Notes under the pieces: model-generated | What the model was told of the DNA's origin: nothing | Databases searched by the model: none | The model's input: only the letters and a program-made list of their open reading frames with translations | Made by a program: the position numbers and the translations under genes | Shown here: piece by piece, positions 48,073-57,111 of the stretch | How positions within the stretch are numbered: position 1 is the stretch's first letter | How the letters are laid out: each line of letters starts with the position of its first letter | IMG/VR virus record: IMGVR_UViG_3300022752_000054 | Span: 9,431 to 73,430 of that record | Reading direction: 5' to 3' (one strand) | Length of the DNA: 64,000 nucleotides | Origin: a virus

Positions 48073-48636
48073 TTACGTACTTTGTACAGATTTTCTTTGA
48101 AATGTTTTGATTTCTGGAAAGTACTTTTTCATGACTCTTCTTACATGAGTGTGAGAACAATTCATAGAAGAAGATAATTTTGATATCCACCCAAAATGGG
48201 TAAGATCAACTTCTTTGATTGCTTGTTTCCATATAACTAATTGTTTGTCAGACAACGCGTTCCATCCGCCACCAACTTTCCCTGCTTTAGAAGCGATGTT
48301 TGAAAGAATTTCAGATGTTTTCTTTTCTCCATACTTCTTTAGTGTTCTTGAATGAATAGACGTCCATCTTCCAGCATCTTTTGCGTCTTGCCAATTGTCC
48401 TTTGGCGTTCCCCAATAGAGATGAACTGGGTTTGAACAATGTGGATTGTTACACGCGTGGCAAACATAAATGTTTCTATTTCCTATAGTTGTTTTTAGGA
48501 AGTGTGCCAACAATCCTCTGAAAAGCCTAGAGTCTCCTCCTATTTCTATGCATTCTTCATGCAGTTTGAGATGCAATCTTCTCTCTTCACGAGAGAGTTT
48601 CATGTGTTCGTGAATGTCTACAAATTCTTGTTTCAT
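48073..48636 (-). CDS. HNH homing endonuclease
   Basis: VCHACNNPHCSNP.HL.WGT.KDN..D. Confidence 0.85.
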   Translation of the reverse strand: MKQEFVDIHEHMKLSREERRLHLKLHEECIEIGGDSRLFRGLLAHFLKTTIGNRNIYVCHACNNPHCSNPVHLYWGTPKDNWQDAKDAGRWTSIHSRTLKKYGEKKTSEILSNIASKAGKVGGGWNALSDKQLVIWKQAIKEVDLTHFGWISKLSSSMNCSHTHVRRVMKKYFPEIKTFQRKSVQST

Positions 48637-48681
48637 TTGAACCTACAACATATATATATTGCAAGTTCGAATTTGTATCGG

Positions 48682-48756
48682 TGGCTGGGGAACAGGGACT
48701 CGAACCCCAATTCGCGGATTCAAAGTCCGCTGTCCTAACCATTGAACGATTCCCCA
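48682..48756 (-). tRNA. tRNA-Gln(TTG)
   Basis: TGGGGAA acceptor, CTTTGAA loop, CCA. Confidence 0.9.
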
Positions 48757-48761
48757 ATCAG

Positions 48762-48835
48762 CGTCCTTGAGAGGGCTCGAACCTCTGGCCGGGTGCTTAG
48801 AAGGCACCTGCTCTATCCAACTGAGCTACAAGGAC
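48762..48835 (-). tRNA. tRNA-Arg(TCT)
   Basis: GGATA D-loop (A20), CTTCTAA loop. Confidence 0.9.
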
Positions 48836-48840
48836 ATGGG

Positions 48841-48912
48841 CTCCGGGGGTTGGGATCGAACCAACGACCGGGCGGTTAACAGCCGCCAGCTCTGCCACTG
48901 AGCTACCCCGGA
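48841..48912 (-). tRNA. tRNA-Asn(GTT)
   Basis: TCCGGGG acceptor, CTGTTAA loop. Confidence 0.9.
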
Positions 48913-48955
48913 AAAACCTCCACCCCGACCTGCAGGGTGGAGGCAGTCACAGCAA

Positions 48956-49207
48956 TCAGCGACGACGCGTTGGGCGCTCTACTGGTCGAACCTCCGCGAA
49001 GTAGGCTGAGTAACCGTCTGGGCGTCGATAGTTGATGTTTGACGCGCATGACTGCGCCTCCTCGCGGGTGTCGAATGTCGTGGCCTCATCGAACGTACCC
49101 CAGACGCCCTGAACTCGACCACTGTACGTTGGCCGGGTAAGGAAGCGGCGGCTGTTGGCCTCACGAACGACGTATGCTGTGATTGTGTTGTTGCTCTTGT
49201 TTGTCAT
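48956..49207 (-). CDS. hypothetical protein
   Basis: ORF behind a leaderless-type promoter. Confidence 0.6.
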   Translation of the reverse strand: MTNKSNNTITAYVVREANSRRFLTRPTYSGRVQGVWGTFDEATTFDTREEAQSCASNINYRRPDGYSAYFAEVRPVERPTRRR

Positions 49208-49409
49208 GGTCTTTATTCTACTCTTTCTTTTTTTGTTTTACAAGCGTGCCATGCAACTAGTTGCACGACGAAATCTTTTTGGAAGGTGGTTACTACCCCG
49301 ATGTGTGGCCCGGGGATTCACCTGCATATAACATGAGCTTTCCCTGCGACGCCAGGGTCCACAGCTGCAATATATAATCTAAGTCTCCTGGATGCGTCGG
49401 TCTAGGAGA

Positions 49410-49485
49410 TGGTGGGTCCGGTGGGGTACGATCCCACAACTTATCGCTTAAAAGGCGACTACTCTACCAATTGAGTTACGGACCC
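49410..49485 (-). tRNA. tRNA-Lys(TTT)
   Basis: GGGTCCG acceptor, CTTTTAA loop, CCA. Confidence 0.9.
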
Positions 49486-49495
49486 GTAACAGTAA

Positions 49496-49705
49496 TCAAT
49501 CTTCCGACCAAGAGATGACTTCGGTCAGAGAATTGAGAACCTCTTTTTCAATTTCTGATTTGATCGTATCGCTGCTCGGAGATTCAGTATACTTGAACGC
49601 TCGATTCCATCCTCGATGGATTCCATCCTCCACCGCACGAGAGATAACCACGTATGTGTTGATCTTCAGTTCTGCATGCGGTCGAAGTCTTCTTGTGAGC
49701 TTCAT
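49496..49705 (-). CDS. hypothetical protein
   Basis: AVE.G...GW.RA.K motif; start placed downstream of the tRNA. Confidence 0.6.
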   Translation of the reverse strand: MKLTRRLRPHAELKINTYVVISRAVEDGIHRGWNRAFKYTESPSSDTIKSEIEKEVLNSLTEVISWSED

Positions 49706-49712
49706 TGTTGCG

Positions 49713-49788
49713 TGGTGCCTACCGTGGGATTCGAACCCACCCTGTATCGATTTTGAGTCGACTGCCTCTGCCACTGGGCTACGTAGGC
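49713..49788 (-). tRNA. tRNA-Leu(CAA) with a short variable region
   Basis: GTCGA-CTCAAAA-TCGAT, 5-nt variable region, A73, CCA. Confidence 0.82.
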
Positions 49789-49831
49789 GTGTTGTTTGGA
49801 TGTTCTTAATCTACCCCATCGGGGTATCTTT

Positions 49832-50320
49832 TTACACCACTCGAATCATGTTAGGATCGTCGAGGAGATATTTGTTCTGACCGACGAGGACCGTGCGGAA
49901 AGCACGATCGACAACGTTACCTTCGATGTGCGAAGAGCCTGCCGAGCGCTTCATCTTGACGGTGGTCATGCCGAGGTACACTGCAAATGTTCCTTGAGGA
50001 AGTTGCTCACCGCCAGGGATGTTTGCATACGTCACCGGCCCTCGCATGGTCAGAATGGGCGTTCCTTCTGATTTCTTCAAGACAGGAAGCGGGAAGCCAG
50101 GAGATGACACTACCTTGGCCGCTGTGGCGAAGGTAATGGGCGATCCTTGGTTGATCTCGTCCCACGCCACCCGAGCGGCATCGCTCATTGGAGGTTCAAG
50201 GTAGAACCATGGCTCATTGGTCACGCGAGCGATGCCGCTCGGGCGTGGGCGTCGAGGAGCCTTCTTGACCGCGGGTGTCGCAGACGGATTGGTCCACGTG
50301 ATCTTCGGCCTGGGCTTCAT
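49832..50320 (-). CDS. hypothetical protein
   Basis: ORF behind a GTGTAAAG promoter. Confidence 0.6.
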   Translation of the reverse strand: MKPRPKITWTNPSATPAVKKAPRRPRPSGIARVTNEPWFYLEPPMSDAARVAWDEINQGSPITFATAAKVVSSPGFPLPVLKKSEGTPILTMRGPVTYANIPGGEQLPQGTFAVYLGMTTVKMKRSAGSSHIEGNVVDRAFRTVLVGQNKYLLDDPNMIRVV

Positions 50321-50359
50321 GGTCCAATGGTATCCTATTGGACTTTGACTTTACACTGG

Positions 50360-50983
50360 TCAATCTTTTTTCTTGGGTTTCATGCCTTTAGACTTCATGT
50401 AGGCCGCGAGGATGACATCACGTTTTTTCTGGGGGGCAGAGGCCCATTGCCATAGGATGGAATTCTCGATATTTTTCAGGCGTCCTTCTAGGTCCCCTGC
50501 GACCTTCTCCAGTCTGGTCACCGCCGCCATGGATGCCTCAGGTAGGTCCATGCCTAGCTCTAGTGCGACGGCCACGATCTCGTCGATGGACCCGTCCGCC
50601 ATGGCTGCTGCAGCCCGCCTGTAGAGTTCCGACTTGGCTACATCTCCACCGGTCTTGTCAGGGTGGGTGGCGACGGCGATCTTCTTCCAAAGAGCTTTTA
50701 TTTCGTCTGGGATTTCTGGATCTTCACGCGTCGGAAGATCGGGTTCAGAGGTATGATCCCCTTCGGTCCGATCTTCGACGACGGTTGTGGCAGGGCTGGG
50801 AGGCGCAGGCGAAGCTGGTTGTTCAGGAGGTTCTTCTGTGTCAGCTACTTTCGAAAGTTCTTCCATGAACTGTTTGGTGATGTCGTCCATCGTTTCTTCG
50901 TGGTCTTCGATTTCGAGGCGAAGATGTTCCACCTTCAACGTCAGGCTTTTCCACTTGCGTTTGCCGTTGCCCTTCATGGGCAT
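50360..50983 (-). CDS. J-domain-like (HPD) co-chaperone
   Basis: IKALWKKIAVATHPDKTGGD....Y. Confidence 0.7.
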   Translation of the reverse strand: MPMKGNGKRKWKSLTLKVEHLRLEIEDHEETMDDITKQFMEELSKVADTEEPPEQPASPAPPSPATTVVEDRTEGDHTSEPDLPTREDPEIPDEIKALWKKIAVATHPDKTGGDVAKSELYRRAAAAMADGSIDEIVAVALELGMDLPEASMAAVTRLEKVAGDLEGRLKNIENSILWQWASAPQKKRDVILAAYMKSKGMKPKKKD

Positions 50984-51005
50984 AAATATTCATGAAAGAA
51001 TTATT

Positions 51006-51566
51006 CTAGGGGTGGCTCTCGAAATCTGGGTCTTTTAGAGCCCACCGCATGTAAGACTTGATGAACTTTGATTTCAGTTCATTCCAACGCATATCGTTGA
51101 TCTCTATGTTCAATTTCTTGGCGAGCTTGCGACCTCTGTGCCATGCCTCAAATTCTTCTTCGATGACAGCACAACGGTGGATGAACTTGCCCTTGACTGC
51201 TGGGTCATAAATCGAAGGGTAGCCTAAGGTGAACCTTGGATTGGTCATCCCGTCGCCTGATCCTACGAGGAGGTGACCACACTCGTGGAGGAGGATGAAG
51301 AGTTGGTTCTCGTATGATTGAGTGGAGTTGACGTAAATCTTTTTTTCGTCAGACACGAAGGATCCTGCTTCACGTCTGTTCGTAAATTCTACTTCTATTT
51401 TTCGGGAGGCACACCATGCGACAACGAGGTTTAAACTCGCAGAGGATGTTATATCTACATCCAAACGGGCCCGAGCCTTGGGCTCGGTGGCAGGATCCTT
51501 TGACCTCTGCTTTTCATACCGGGCCCAGGCTCGTTCCTCCCAGAGTCCGCGCTGGAAGGATGGCAT
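51006..51566 (-). CDS. Zn metallopeptidase (ImmA/IrrE-like)
   Basis: LLHECGH...EEE.EAW..G. Confidence 0.7.
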   Translation of the reverse strand: MPSFQRGLWEERAWARYEKQRSKDPATEPKARARLDVDITSSASLNLVVAWCASRKIEVEFTNRREAGSFVSDEKKIYVNSTQSYENQLFILLHECGHLLVGSGDGMTNPRFTLGYPSIYDPAVKGKFIHRCAVIEEEFEAWHRGRKLAKKLNIEINDMRWNELKSKFIKSYMRWALKDPDFESHP

Positions 51567-51570
51567 GTGT

Positions 51571-52689
51571 TCACTTCTTCTTCTTCGGCGTCGTTACCGA
51601 CTTCGTCTCTGCCGGGGTGAGGGCCTTGGCAGCCTCTCCCTTGTCGACCCCGAAGACCGAGAGGATGTGGTTGACACACCACTTGTGGACCGACTTGGCG
51701 AGCTCGAGGTTGTTGACCCCGCCGGCCGTGAGCTTCGACCAGGCCGCCACTCGGAGCTCCGCGGGGAGGTCACCCATGAAGTCTCGGAGGTTGGCACCTT
51801 GGTTGTCGTCGAGAACCTTCAGGTTCTTCGTGACGTAGTCGGCCACCTTCTCGATGGATACGTTGAGCTTCTCCTGACCGAGCTTGGCGATCTTCGACTT
51901 GACCTTAGCGTAGCCCTCGATGATCTCCTCACCGGTGACCTGAGCGTCGATGGTCTTGACGTAGCCGTGGAAGGCAATGGTCGCCTCCGTGCCGACGTAA
52001 CCGAGGCACATCGGGTAGAAGAGGGCGTCATCCGGGAGGTCCGCGACCCCGTTGGAGACCAGAGCGTGGGACAGACGCTCCCAGCTGCGGCGGCTGGGGG
52101 AGACGGCCGAGGCCTCGCCACCCTTGGGCGGGTCGAGCCACTTCTCGTTGCCGGCGATGAAGGTGATGATGTTCTCGTGGATGGCCCCGGACTCCTTGGC
52201 CCAAGTGAGCCAGTCCTGCGTGTCCGGCGTCAGGTCGATGGCCCAGAAGCGATCGAGGAGTGCAGGGTCCATCTCGTTGACCGAGTAGGCCGCCGAGGAG
52301 TTGATGGCCGCGTAGACTCGGGTCTGCGGGTGGAGCTTCCAGCCGTTGAGCTCACGATCCAGGACGACCTGGAAGGCGGCCTGCATGACCTCGGGAGTGG
52401 CGCGGTTGAGCTCGTCGAGGAACAGGGCCACCGGCTTCTTGCAGGCGTTCTTGTACCACTCCGGCGGGTTGAACCGCGTGACCTCGCCGTCCGTGGACGG
52501 GAGACCGATCATGTCGCCTTCGCTCATCTGTGAGAGGCGGCGGTCGATGACCTCGAGACCGAAGCCCTTGGCCACCTGGCGGACGACCTGGGACTTACCG
52601 ATGCCGTGGTTACCACGGAGGAGGACCGAGGTCTCCACGGGGAGCTTGGAGGAGACCTTGAGGAACGTGCGGACGGACATGGTGGTCAT
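51571..52689 (-). CDS. MoxR-like AAA+ ATPase
   Basis: GNHGIGKS, D.IGLP, LFLDELNRA, MDPALLDRF, PSRRSWE. Confidence 0.88.
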   Translation of the reverse strand: MTTMSVRTFLKVSSKLPVETSVLLRGNHGIGKSQVVRQVAKGFGLEVIDRRLSQMSEGDMIGLPSTDGEVTRFNPPEWYKNACKKPVALFLDELNRATPEVMQAAFQVVLDRELNGWKLHPQTRVYAAINSSAAYSVNEMDPALLDRFWAIDLTPDTQDWLTWAKESGAIHENIITFIAGNEKWLDPPKGGEASAVSPSRRSWERLSHALVSNGVADLPDDALFYPMCLGYVGTEATIAFHGYVKTIDAQVTGEEIIEGYAKVKSKIAKLGQEKLNVSIEKVADYVTKNLKVLDDNQGANLRDFMGDLPAELRVAAWSKLTAGGVNNLELAKSVHKWCVNHILSVFGVDKGEAAKALTPAETKSVTTPKKKK

Positions 52690-52817
52690 TGCGTTGTTTC
52701 CTTGTTAGGAGGTATGGTTAGATACTACCAGGATGTCTGCGGACTTTGCACAGCTTCTCAAAAAAAGTTTCGACGAAGGGGTCCAGTCTGGATGAGGACC
52801 CCAGGTCGAGATGGTGG

Positions 52818-53495
52818 TCACCCCACGGCTGCGACGGGAGATGACTCGTTCGAGAGGGGCTCTTGGATCTGGAGGACCTCAACATCGCTGGTGAATAGGT
52901 ACACGGGACGCTTGGCACCGGGGACGTTGACGTAACACCGAATCCGCTGTGCACGATCGACCGTACCGAACTTGCCGACGAACCGTGGATCACCACCAAT
53001 GATGCGGACCTTGGCACCTGCCACGACTCGCTGGCCGAGGGCTCGTTCCGTGGCCTTCGCCCTGTTGAAGTGCTGGAGGTGGAGCGCAAGGGCCATCGTC
53101 TGCTCTGCAGAGAAGTTCGTCGTTGCCTCGTCGAACAAGCGCTGAACCTCGTTCTGCATCGCAGGCAACTTTGCCGCAGCCGTCTCGATCTTCTTCATGT
53201 GGACGGGCTTCTTACCTGAAGTTGCTTCTGCCTTCTCCTCGCGGCGCTTCTGGCGCTCTGCGTCACGGACCGCCTTTGCTGCCTCGCGCGCCGCCTTCAG
53301 AGCCTCTGTCTTCTGCGACTTCACGACCTCGGGGTGCGTTTCCTTCTTTACCTTAGGCTGCTTCGCAGGTGCATCGGCCTCTGTGGCGGGTGCCTCACTT
53401 GCCTGGCGAGCTGCCTTGCGGGCCTTGGCTGCCGCGAGAGCCTTGTCGATGGCCGAGAGCTTCGTGTCGAGGTTCGTGTCATTCGTGGTCTGCAT
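52818..53495 (-). CDS. Ala/Lys-rich protein with a C-terminal SH3/KOW-like domain
   Basis: AK-rich N-terminus; GAKVRIIGG..GKFGTV. Confidence 0.65.
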   Translation of the reverse strand: MQTTNDTNLDTKLSAIDKALAAAKARKAARQASEAPATEADAPAKQPKVKKETHPEVVKSQKTEALKAAREAAKAVRDAERQKRREEKAEATSGKKPVHMKKIETAAAKLPAMQNEVQRLFDEATTNFSAEQTMALALHLQHFNRAKATERALGQRVVAGAKVRIIGGDPRFVGKFGTVDRAQRIRCYVNVPGAKRPVYLFTSDVEVLQIQEPLSNESSPVAAVG

Positions 53496-53602
53496 GTTGT
53501 AATCCTTTCCGTGGGTTAGGCTGTTTGCCTGTTGATGTTTCTGTTATACCTTGTTGGCCGGGAACTTTACACTGACGTTTTTTTTATTTTTCTTCCGAGA
53601 AT

Positions 53603-53812
53603 TCAGCTGGGTTTGTTACGGTCAGACAGGAGGCGTTTCGCCTCACCTGCTCCTGCTTTCAATCCTCCGCTGGCGCCTGCGCTGAGAGCTCCGATCTTGG
53701 TCTTGATTCCCAGCAGGAACATCTTGAACTTCAAGAACGCCAGCTGAACGTAGGTCTTGGTGACGAGCGGGATGTAGAAGAACAACCAGATGAGACGTTT
53801 GAGAAACTGCAT
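53603..53812 (-). CDS. small hypothetical protein
   Basis: Hydrophobic/basic 69-aa ORF. Confidence 0.45.
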   Translation of the reverse strand: MQFLKRLIWLFFYIPLVTKTYVQLAFLKFKMFLLGIKTKIGALSAGASGGLKAGAGEAKRLLSDRNKPS

Positions 53813-53886
53813 GAAGTTTTTTCTTGCTGGAGGAATGTTGTAACTAGTTGCAATGAAAGGGGTAGGTTACCCTACCCCGTGGATGA

Positions 53887-54651
53887 TCAGTCGTTGTAGC
53901 TGATGACTCCCTTCTCGTAGAGTCCCTTCTTCTCGAGGCCGAGGATGAAGGTCTTGCCGGAGCAACCGAACCGGTTCTTCTGCACCTCGAAGAGGCGCTC
54001 ACCGAAGGTCTCAGAGTTCTTCTTGTCGTCGATGTAGAGGTGGGCGTGGGCATCCACCGTGTGCTTGATCTGTTGCTTGCCGGCGAACTCGCCACCCTTG
54101 GTGACCTGGCCGATGATGATGGCCACACCGAACGTCTCCTTGCACCAGTTGGTGATCATCTCCGTGGCGCGAACCTGGCTCATCGAGTTGGTGAAGCCGT
54201 CCTTGTACTTGCCGTCGTCCAGCGTCTGGAGCGAATCAACGACGATGAAGACCTGCTTACCGGGGTTCTTCTTGCGCAGCTCATCGCCGTGTTTGAGGAT
54301 GTCCGAGACGAGAGTGTCCTGGCCGGCGACGAAGCCGTTCTTCATCTCGAGGCGTTTGGCCACCTTACGAACCTGGAAGAGCGACTCCTCGCCGGTGTTG
54401 AAGAGGCAGATGTTGCCGGCGCCAGTGATGGCATCCGCGAGCTGAAGGCTGAGCGTCGTCTTGCCGGCGCCGGGGGTACCGGTGAAGAGGAGGGCCGTGG
54501 AAGGCGTCATGCCCTCACCACCCATGGCATCGTCGAAGAACTTGACGCCGGTGCGAACCGTGCGCTCGAGCTGGGCGGGGACCTCGAGGTCGAGGATGTT
54601 GGTGCCGTTCTTCCAGGACTTGAGGCCGACGTTCATCTTCATCTGCGACAT
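53887..54651 (-). CDS. RadA/Sms-like ATPase (RecA core only)
   Basis: GTPGAGKTT, GEES..QV, VDSLQT, GQVTK.G.FAG, H.VD, KNRFG. Confidence 0.85.
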   Translation of the reverse strand: MSQMKMNVGLKSWKNGTNILDLEVPAQLERTVRTGVKFFDDAMGGEGMTPSTALLFTGTPGAGKTTLSLQLADAITGAGNICLFNTGEESLFQVRKVAKRLEMKNGFVAGQDTLVSDILKHGDELRKKNPGKQVFIVVDSLQTLDDGKYKDGFTNSMSQVRATEMITNWCKETFGVAIIIGQVTKGGEFAGKQQIKHTVDAHAHLYIDDKKNSETFGERLFEVQKNRFGCSGKTFILGLEKKGLYEKGVISYND

Positions 54652-54740
54652 GGCGTTCTCCTTGGTGGCTGGCTTCCGAACCAGCCGATAGATCAGTTAT
54701 ACCAGGATTCGTCTGAGCTTTGCACCGCGCCGATGCAATT

Positions 54741-54956
54741 TCAGAAGTGTTTGTAGACGATGTCGGACGCGATGTCCTGATCGAGGCCTTCGTCGACGAG
54801 GTACATCTCGACGCTGAAGAGGTCGTCGGTCCGTCCGAAGAGCTTCTTGAGACCGCGGACCCCTGAGTCGAAGAGCTTTGCGTCGACCGTACGGCCGGCC
54901 GCGTCCATGGACTTGACGATCATCTGACCGGCGGAGAGCTTGGTGTCGTTCTTCAT
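54741..54956 (-). CDS. small early hypothetical protein
   Basis: ATG 6 nt after the TATACT of a GTGCAAAG promoter. Confidence 0.65.
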   Translation of the reverse strand: MKNDTKLSAGQMIVKSMDAAGRTVDAKLFDSGVRGLKKLFGRTDDLFSVEMYLVDEGLDQDIASDIVYKHF

Positions 54957-55000
54957 GGTCCTAGTATATCCTTTCGACGAGGAACTTTGCACTGGGCGGA

Positions 55001-55014
55001 TGCAACTAGTTGCA
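55001..55014. promoter_or_regulatory. 14-bp palindrome TGCAACTAGTTGCA (putative operator)
   Basis: Perfect copies also at 44418 and 49252; one-mismatch copies at 53839 and 63270. Confidence 0.7.
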
Positions 55015-55085
55015 AACCACATTGGACCCCTGGAATTGATAGGTAATCTCCTCCAGGGGTGGGAGGGGCAGAAGCCCCCGATAGG

Positions 55086-55301
55086 TCAGGCGACCGAGTG
55101 CGTCTCGATCGTGACGTAGTGGCCGGACTTGGCCGTCCATGAGTGGCCACGGCCGGGCTTGTACTCGTGGGAGGCGACGTCCTCATCCGTCTCCATGTAG
55201 TTCTTGGCTGCCGCGAGGGCAGCGGCCTCCGTGGCGTGGACGGAGACGAGGTTGTGCGAGGCGTAGTGCTCACCGGCGAAGACGATGTAGACCTTGTCCA
55301 T
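55086..55301 (-). CDS. small early hypothetical protein
   Basis: KVYIV.....V.V.AT...A; leaderless-type promoter. Confidence 0.65.
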   Translation of the reverse strand: MDKVYIVFAGEHYASHNLVSVHATEAAALAAAKNYMETDEDVASHEYKPGRGHSWTAKSGHYVTIETHSVA

Positions 55302-55403
55302 GTTCCTATCCTACCCTTTCAGCTACGAACTTTGCACTGTGTGGAGAACTTTTTTCCCCGCGGCGATGCGGGGGCGGGCCGAGGGCACCCGCCCCGAGGG
55401 GGC

Positions 55404-55610
55404 TCACTGAGCCGGGGTGAAGGTGCCTTGGTTGACGTAGAGCCCCTCGAGAGCCTCGACGTCGTACAGGTTGAAGAGCTTGTCGTGGTACTTCTTGTCG
55501 GGCATGAAGACGACCTCACCGCGCTCGGTGGTGACGTAGCCCGACATGGTGCCCATCTTGGGGAGCTGGGGGTGAACGAAGGTGCCCTTGGTCTTGGTGG
55601 CGTTGTTCAT
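55404..55610 (-). CDS. small early hypothetical protein
   Basis: Leaderless-type promoter. Confidence 0.65.
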   Translation of the reverse strand: MNNATKTKGTFVHPQLPKMGTMSGYVTTERGEVVFMPDKKYHDKLFNLYDVEALEGLYVNQGTFTPAQ

Positions 55611-55837
55611 GGTCTTATATTACCCTTTCCGCTGTGAACTTTGCACTTTTGCGAGAACTTTTTTCTTTTTTCTTTCTTTACCTTGCCGCTCCGTTCCTTT
55701 CCATGGTTCTAATATAACGCGTGGCGGCCGTGCTTTGCACTTTGCTCGCGCTTTTTTCTGCGAAAGTAACTTTCAACAAGAGCGGTACTTGTGCACAACC
55801 GCCGGGGCAAATAAGGGGCACGGCCGCCGTAGGCTCA

Positions 55838-55914
55838 GGATGCCTTTGGAGGGCTTTTCTCGAGTCGAATGAGGTTACCCCTTGGCTCATGGTGAGGCCT
55901 CTCCAAGGGCATCC
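55838..55914. repeat. dyad element copy A (17-bp arms, 18-nt spacers, central GGTTACC)
   Basis: GGATGCCTTTGGAGGGC-N18-GGTTACC-N18-CCTCTCCAAGGGCATCC at the point where transcription diverges. Confidence 0.75.
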
Positions 55915-55978
55915 TGGCTCTTTCACAAATTGTGTGAGGGCGGTGCAAAGTCGCTACCGAGTTTGGTATATTGGAACC

Positions 55979-56278
55979 ATGGAACACGTCAAGGTCGCCA
56001 GCAAGTTCGTCGTCCAATACGCTCGCCTCATCGAGATCGACCGTGGTGGCCGTCCGCGCTACTCAGAGTCGAAGGTCCTCGCGGTGGCAGGCTCGCTTGC
56101 AGGGGCCCGTGAGCTGGCAGCGGCAGCCGTCCTTCCGAGCGACGATGCTCAGATCCTCGAGGTCTTCGACCCGATCGTCGTGCCAGGTGCCTACGTCAAG
56201 TTCCTCGACCCCAAGGTTCATCCGGTGGTGGAGCCCAAGGCTCCGCGCGAGGCGCGGAAGGTCCGCAAGGCCGCCTGA
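55979..56278 (+). CDS. early hypothetical protein
   Basis: GTGCAAAG...TATATT-N6-ATG. Confidence 0.65.
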   Translation: MEHVKVASKFVVQYARLIEIDRGGRPRYSESKVLAVAGSLAGARELAAAAVLPSDDAQILEVFDPIVVPGAYVKFLDPKVHPVVEPKAPREARKVRKAA

Positions 56279-56293
56279 AAATCTGCGGGGATA

Positions 56294-56332
56294 GTGCAAA
56301 GTTCGACTAGGAAAGGGTATACTAAGGTCATG
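56294..56332 (+). promoter_or_regulatory. early promoter GTGCAAAG-N16-TATACT-N6-ATG (leaderless); representative of about 20 copies
   Basis: Near-identical copy at 56579-56617; similar sites before most genes in 46-62 kb. Confidence 0.8.
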
Positions 56333-56578
56333 GACATCCAGAGCATCTCTCCCTCGCAGGTGGTCAAGGCGTACGTCGGCAAGATCGGCTGCATGTGCGG
56401 CTGCAAAGGTAAGTACTACGGCCACACCGCCGGCGGCGAGATCGATCGGGTCGACCCGAAGATGGTGACCAAGATCCTCCGGACCATCCAGGCCAACGAG
56501 GGGAAGGTCGAGGTGGATGACGACATCCTTGCCTACGAGGACAAGGGCAAGTCATGGGTCGTCTACCTCTCGGCCTGA
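56330..56578 (+). CDS. early hypothetical protein (Y.GK.GC.CGC.G.Y motif)
   Basis: Cys motif; leaderless start. Confidence 0.7.
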   Translation: MDIQSISPSQVVKAYVGKIGCMCGCKGKYYGHTAGGEIDRVDPKMVTKILRTIQANEGKVEVDDDILAYEDKGKSWVVYLSA

Positions 56579-56614
56579 GTGCAAAGTTCGTAGAGGAAAG
56601 GGTATACTAAGGCC

Positions 56615-56830
56615 ATGAAGAACATCATCACGCTCCTCAACGACGGCGAGACCTTCACCTCCGCGGAGGGCACCTCGGTCTGCTTCCTGTCCGACGCCGA
56701 CGTGGATGCCCTGGCCTCGGGCGAGCACACCATCGACGAGCTGGTCGCTGCGGTGGGTCGCCGGCGGTACGACCTGACCAACCCGGCTCACCTCCGGGCC
56801 TTGGCGGACCGGCTCGAAAAGAGCCGGTGA
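56615..56830 (+). CDS. early hypothetical protein
   Basis: LNDGET motif; leaderless start. Confidence 0.7.
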   Translation: MKNIITLLNDGETFTSAEGTSVCFLSDADVDALASGEHTIDELVAAVGRRRYDLTNPAHLRALADRLEKSR

Positions 56831-56868
56831 GCGGTGCAAAGTCGACCTCGAACCCGGTGGGTGGAACC

Positions 56869-57099
56869 ATGAATCTCGAGGAGTTCCTGCGGTTGGCCTT
56901 GGAGCCCTGTGGTCGTAGCCAACGGCCCGGTCAGGCTTTCATGAACTCTGTGTTCTCCTTGAACCAACATCTCTACCGGGACCTCTTGTCCCTTGGGCTA
57001 GATGCCTTCTACGACGATTCCAAGATGTGGGCGGCCGTGGAGTGGATCACGCGGAACGCAGAAAGTTACTTCCCGTTGCAAAGTTCACACCAGAAGTGA
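56869..57099 (+). CDS. early hypothetical protein
   Basis: QR.GQA.MN...D.FYDD. Confidence 0.65.
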   Translation: MNLEEFLRLALEPCGRSQRPGQAFMNSVFSLNQHLYRDLLSLGLDAFYDDSKMWAAVEWITRNAESYFPLQSSHQK

Positions 57100-57111
57100 T
57101 AGGGTAGAACC

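Noticed and set aside
47680-48190. ORFs overlapping the tRNA cluster
   Set aside because: They are translations of tRNA genes.
51478-52533. Long plus-strand ORFs (also 45438..46193, 54040..54756) and the minus-strand ORF 57747..58505
   Set aside because: They are antisense shadows of well-supported GC-rich genes.
53859-53878. GGTTACC-containing hairpin as a fourth dyad element
   Set aside because: It lacks the GGATG-N5-GGAGAGG arms at the expected distance and is better explained as a terminator after the RadA-like gene.
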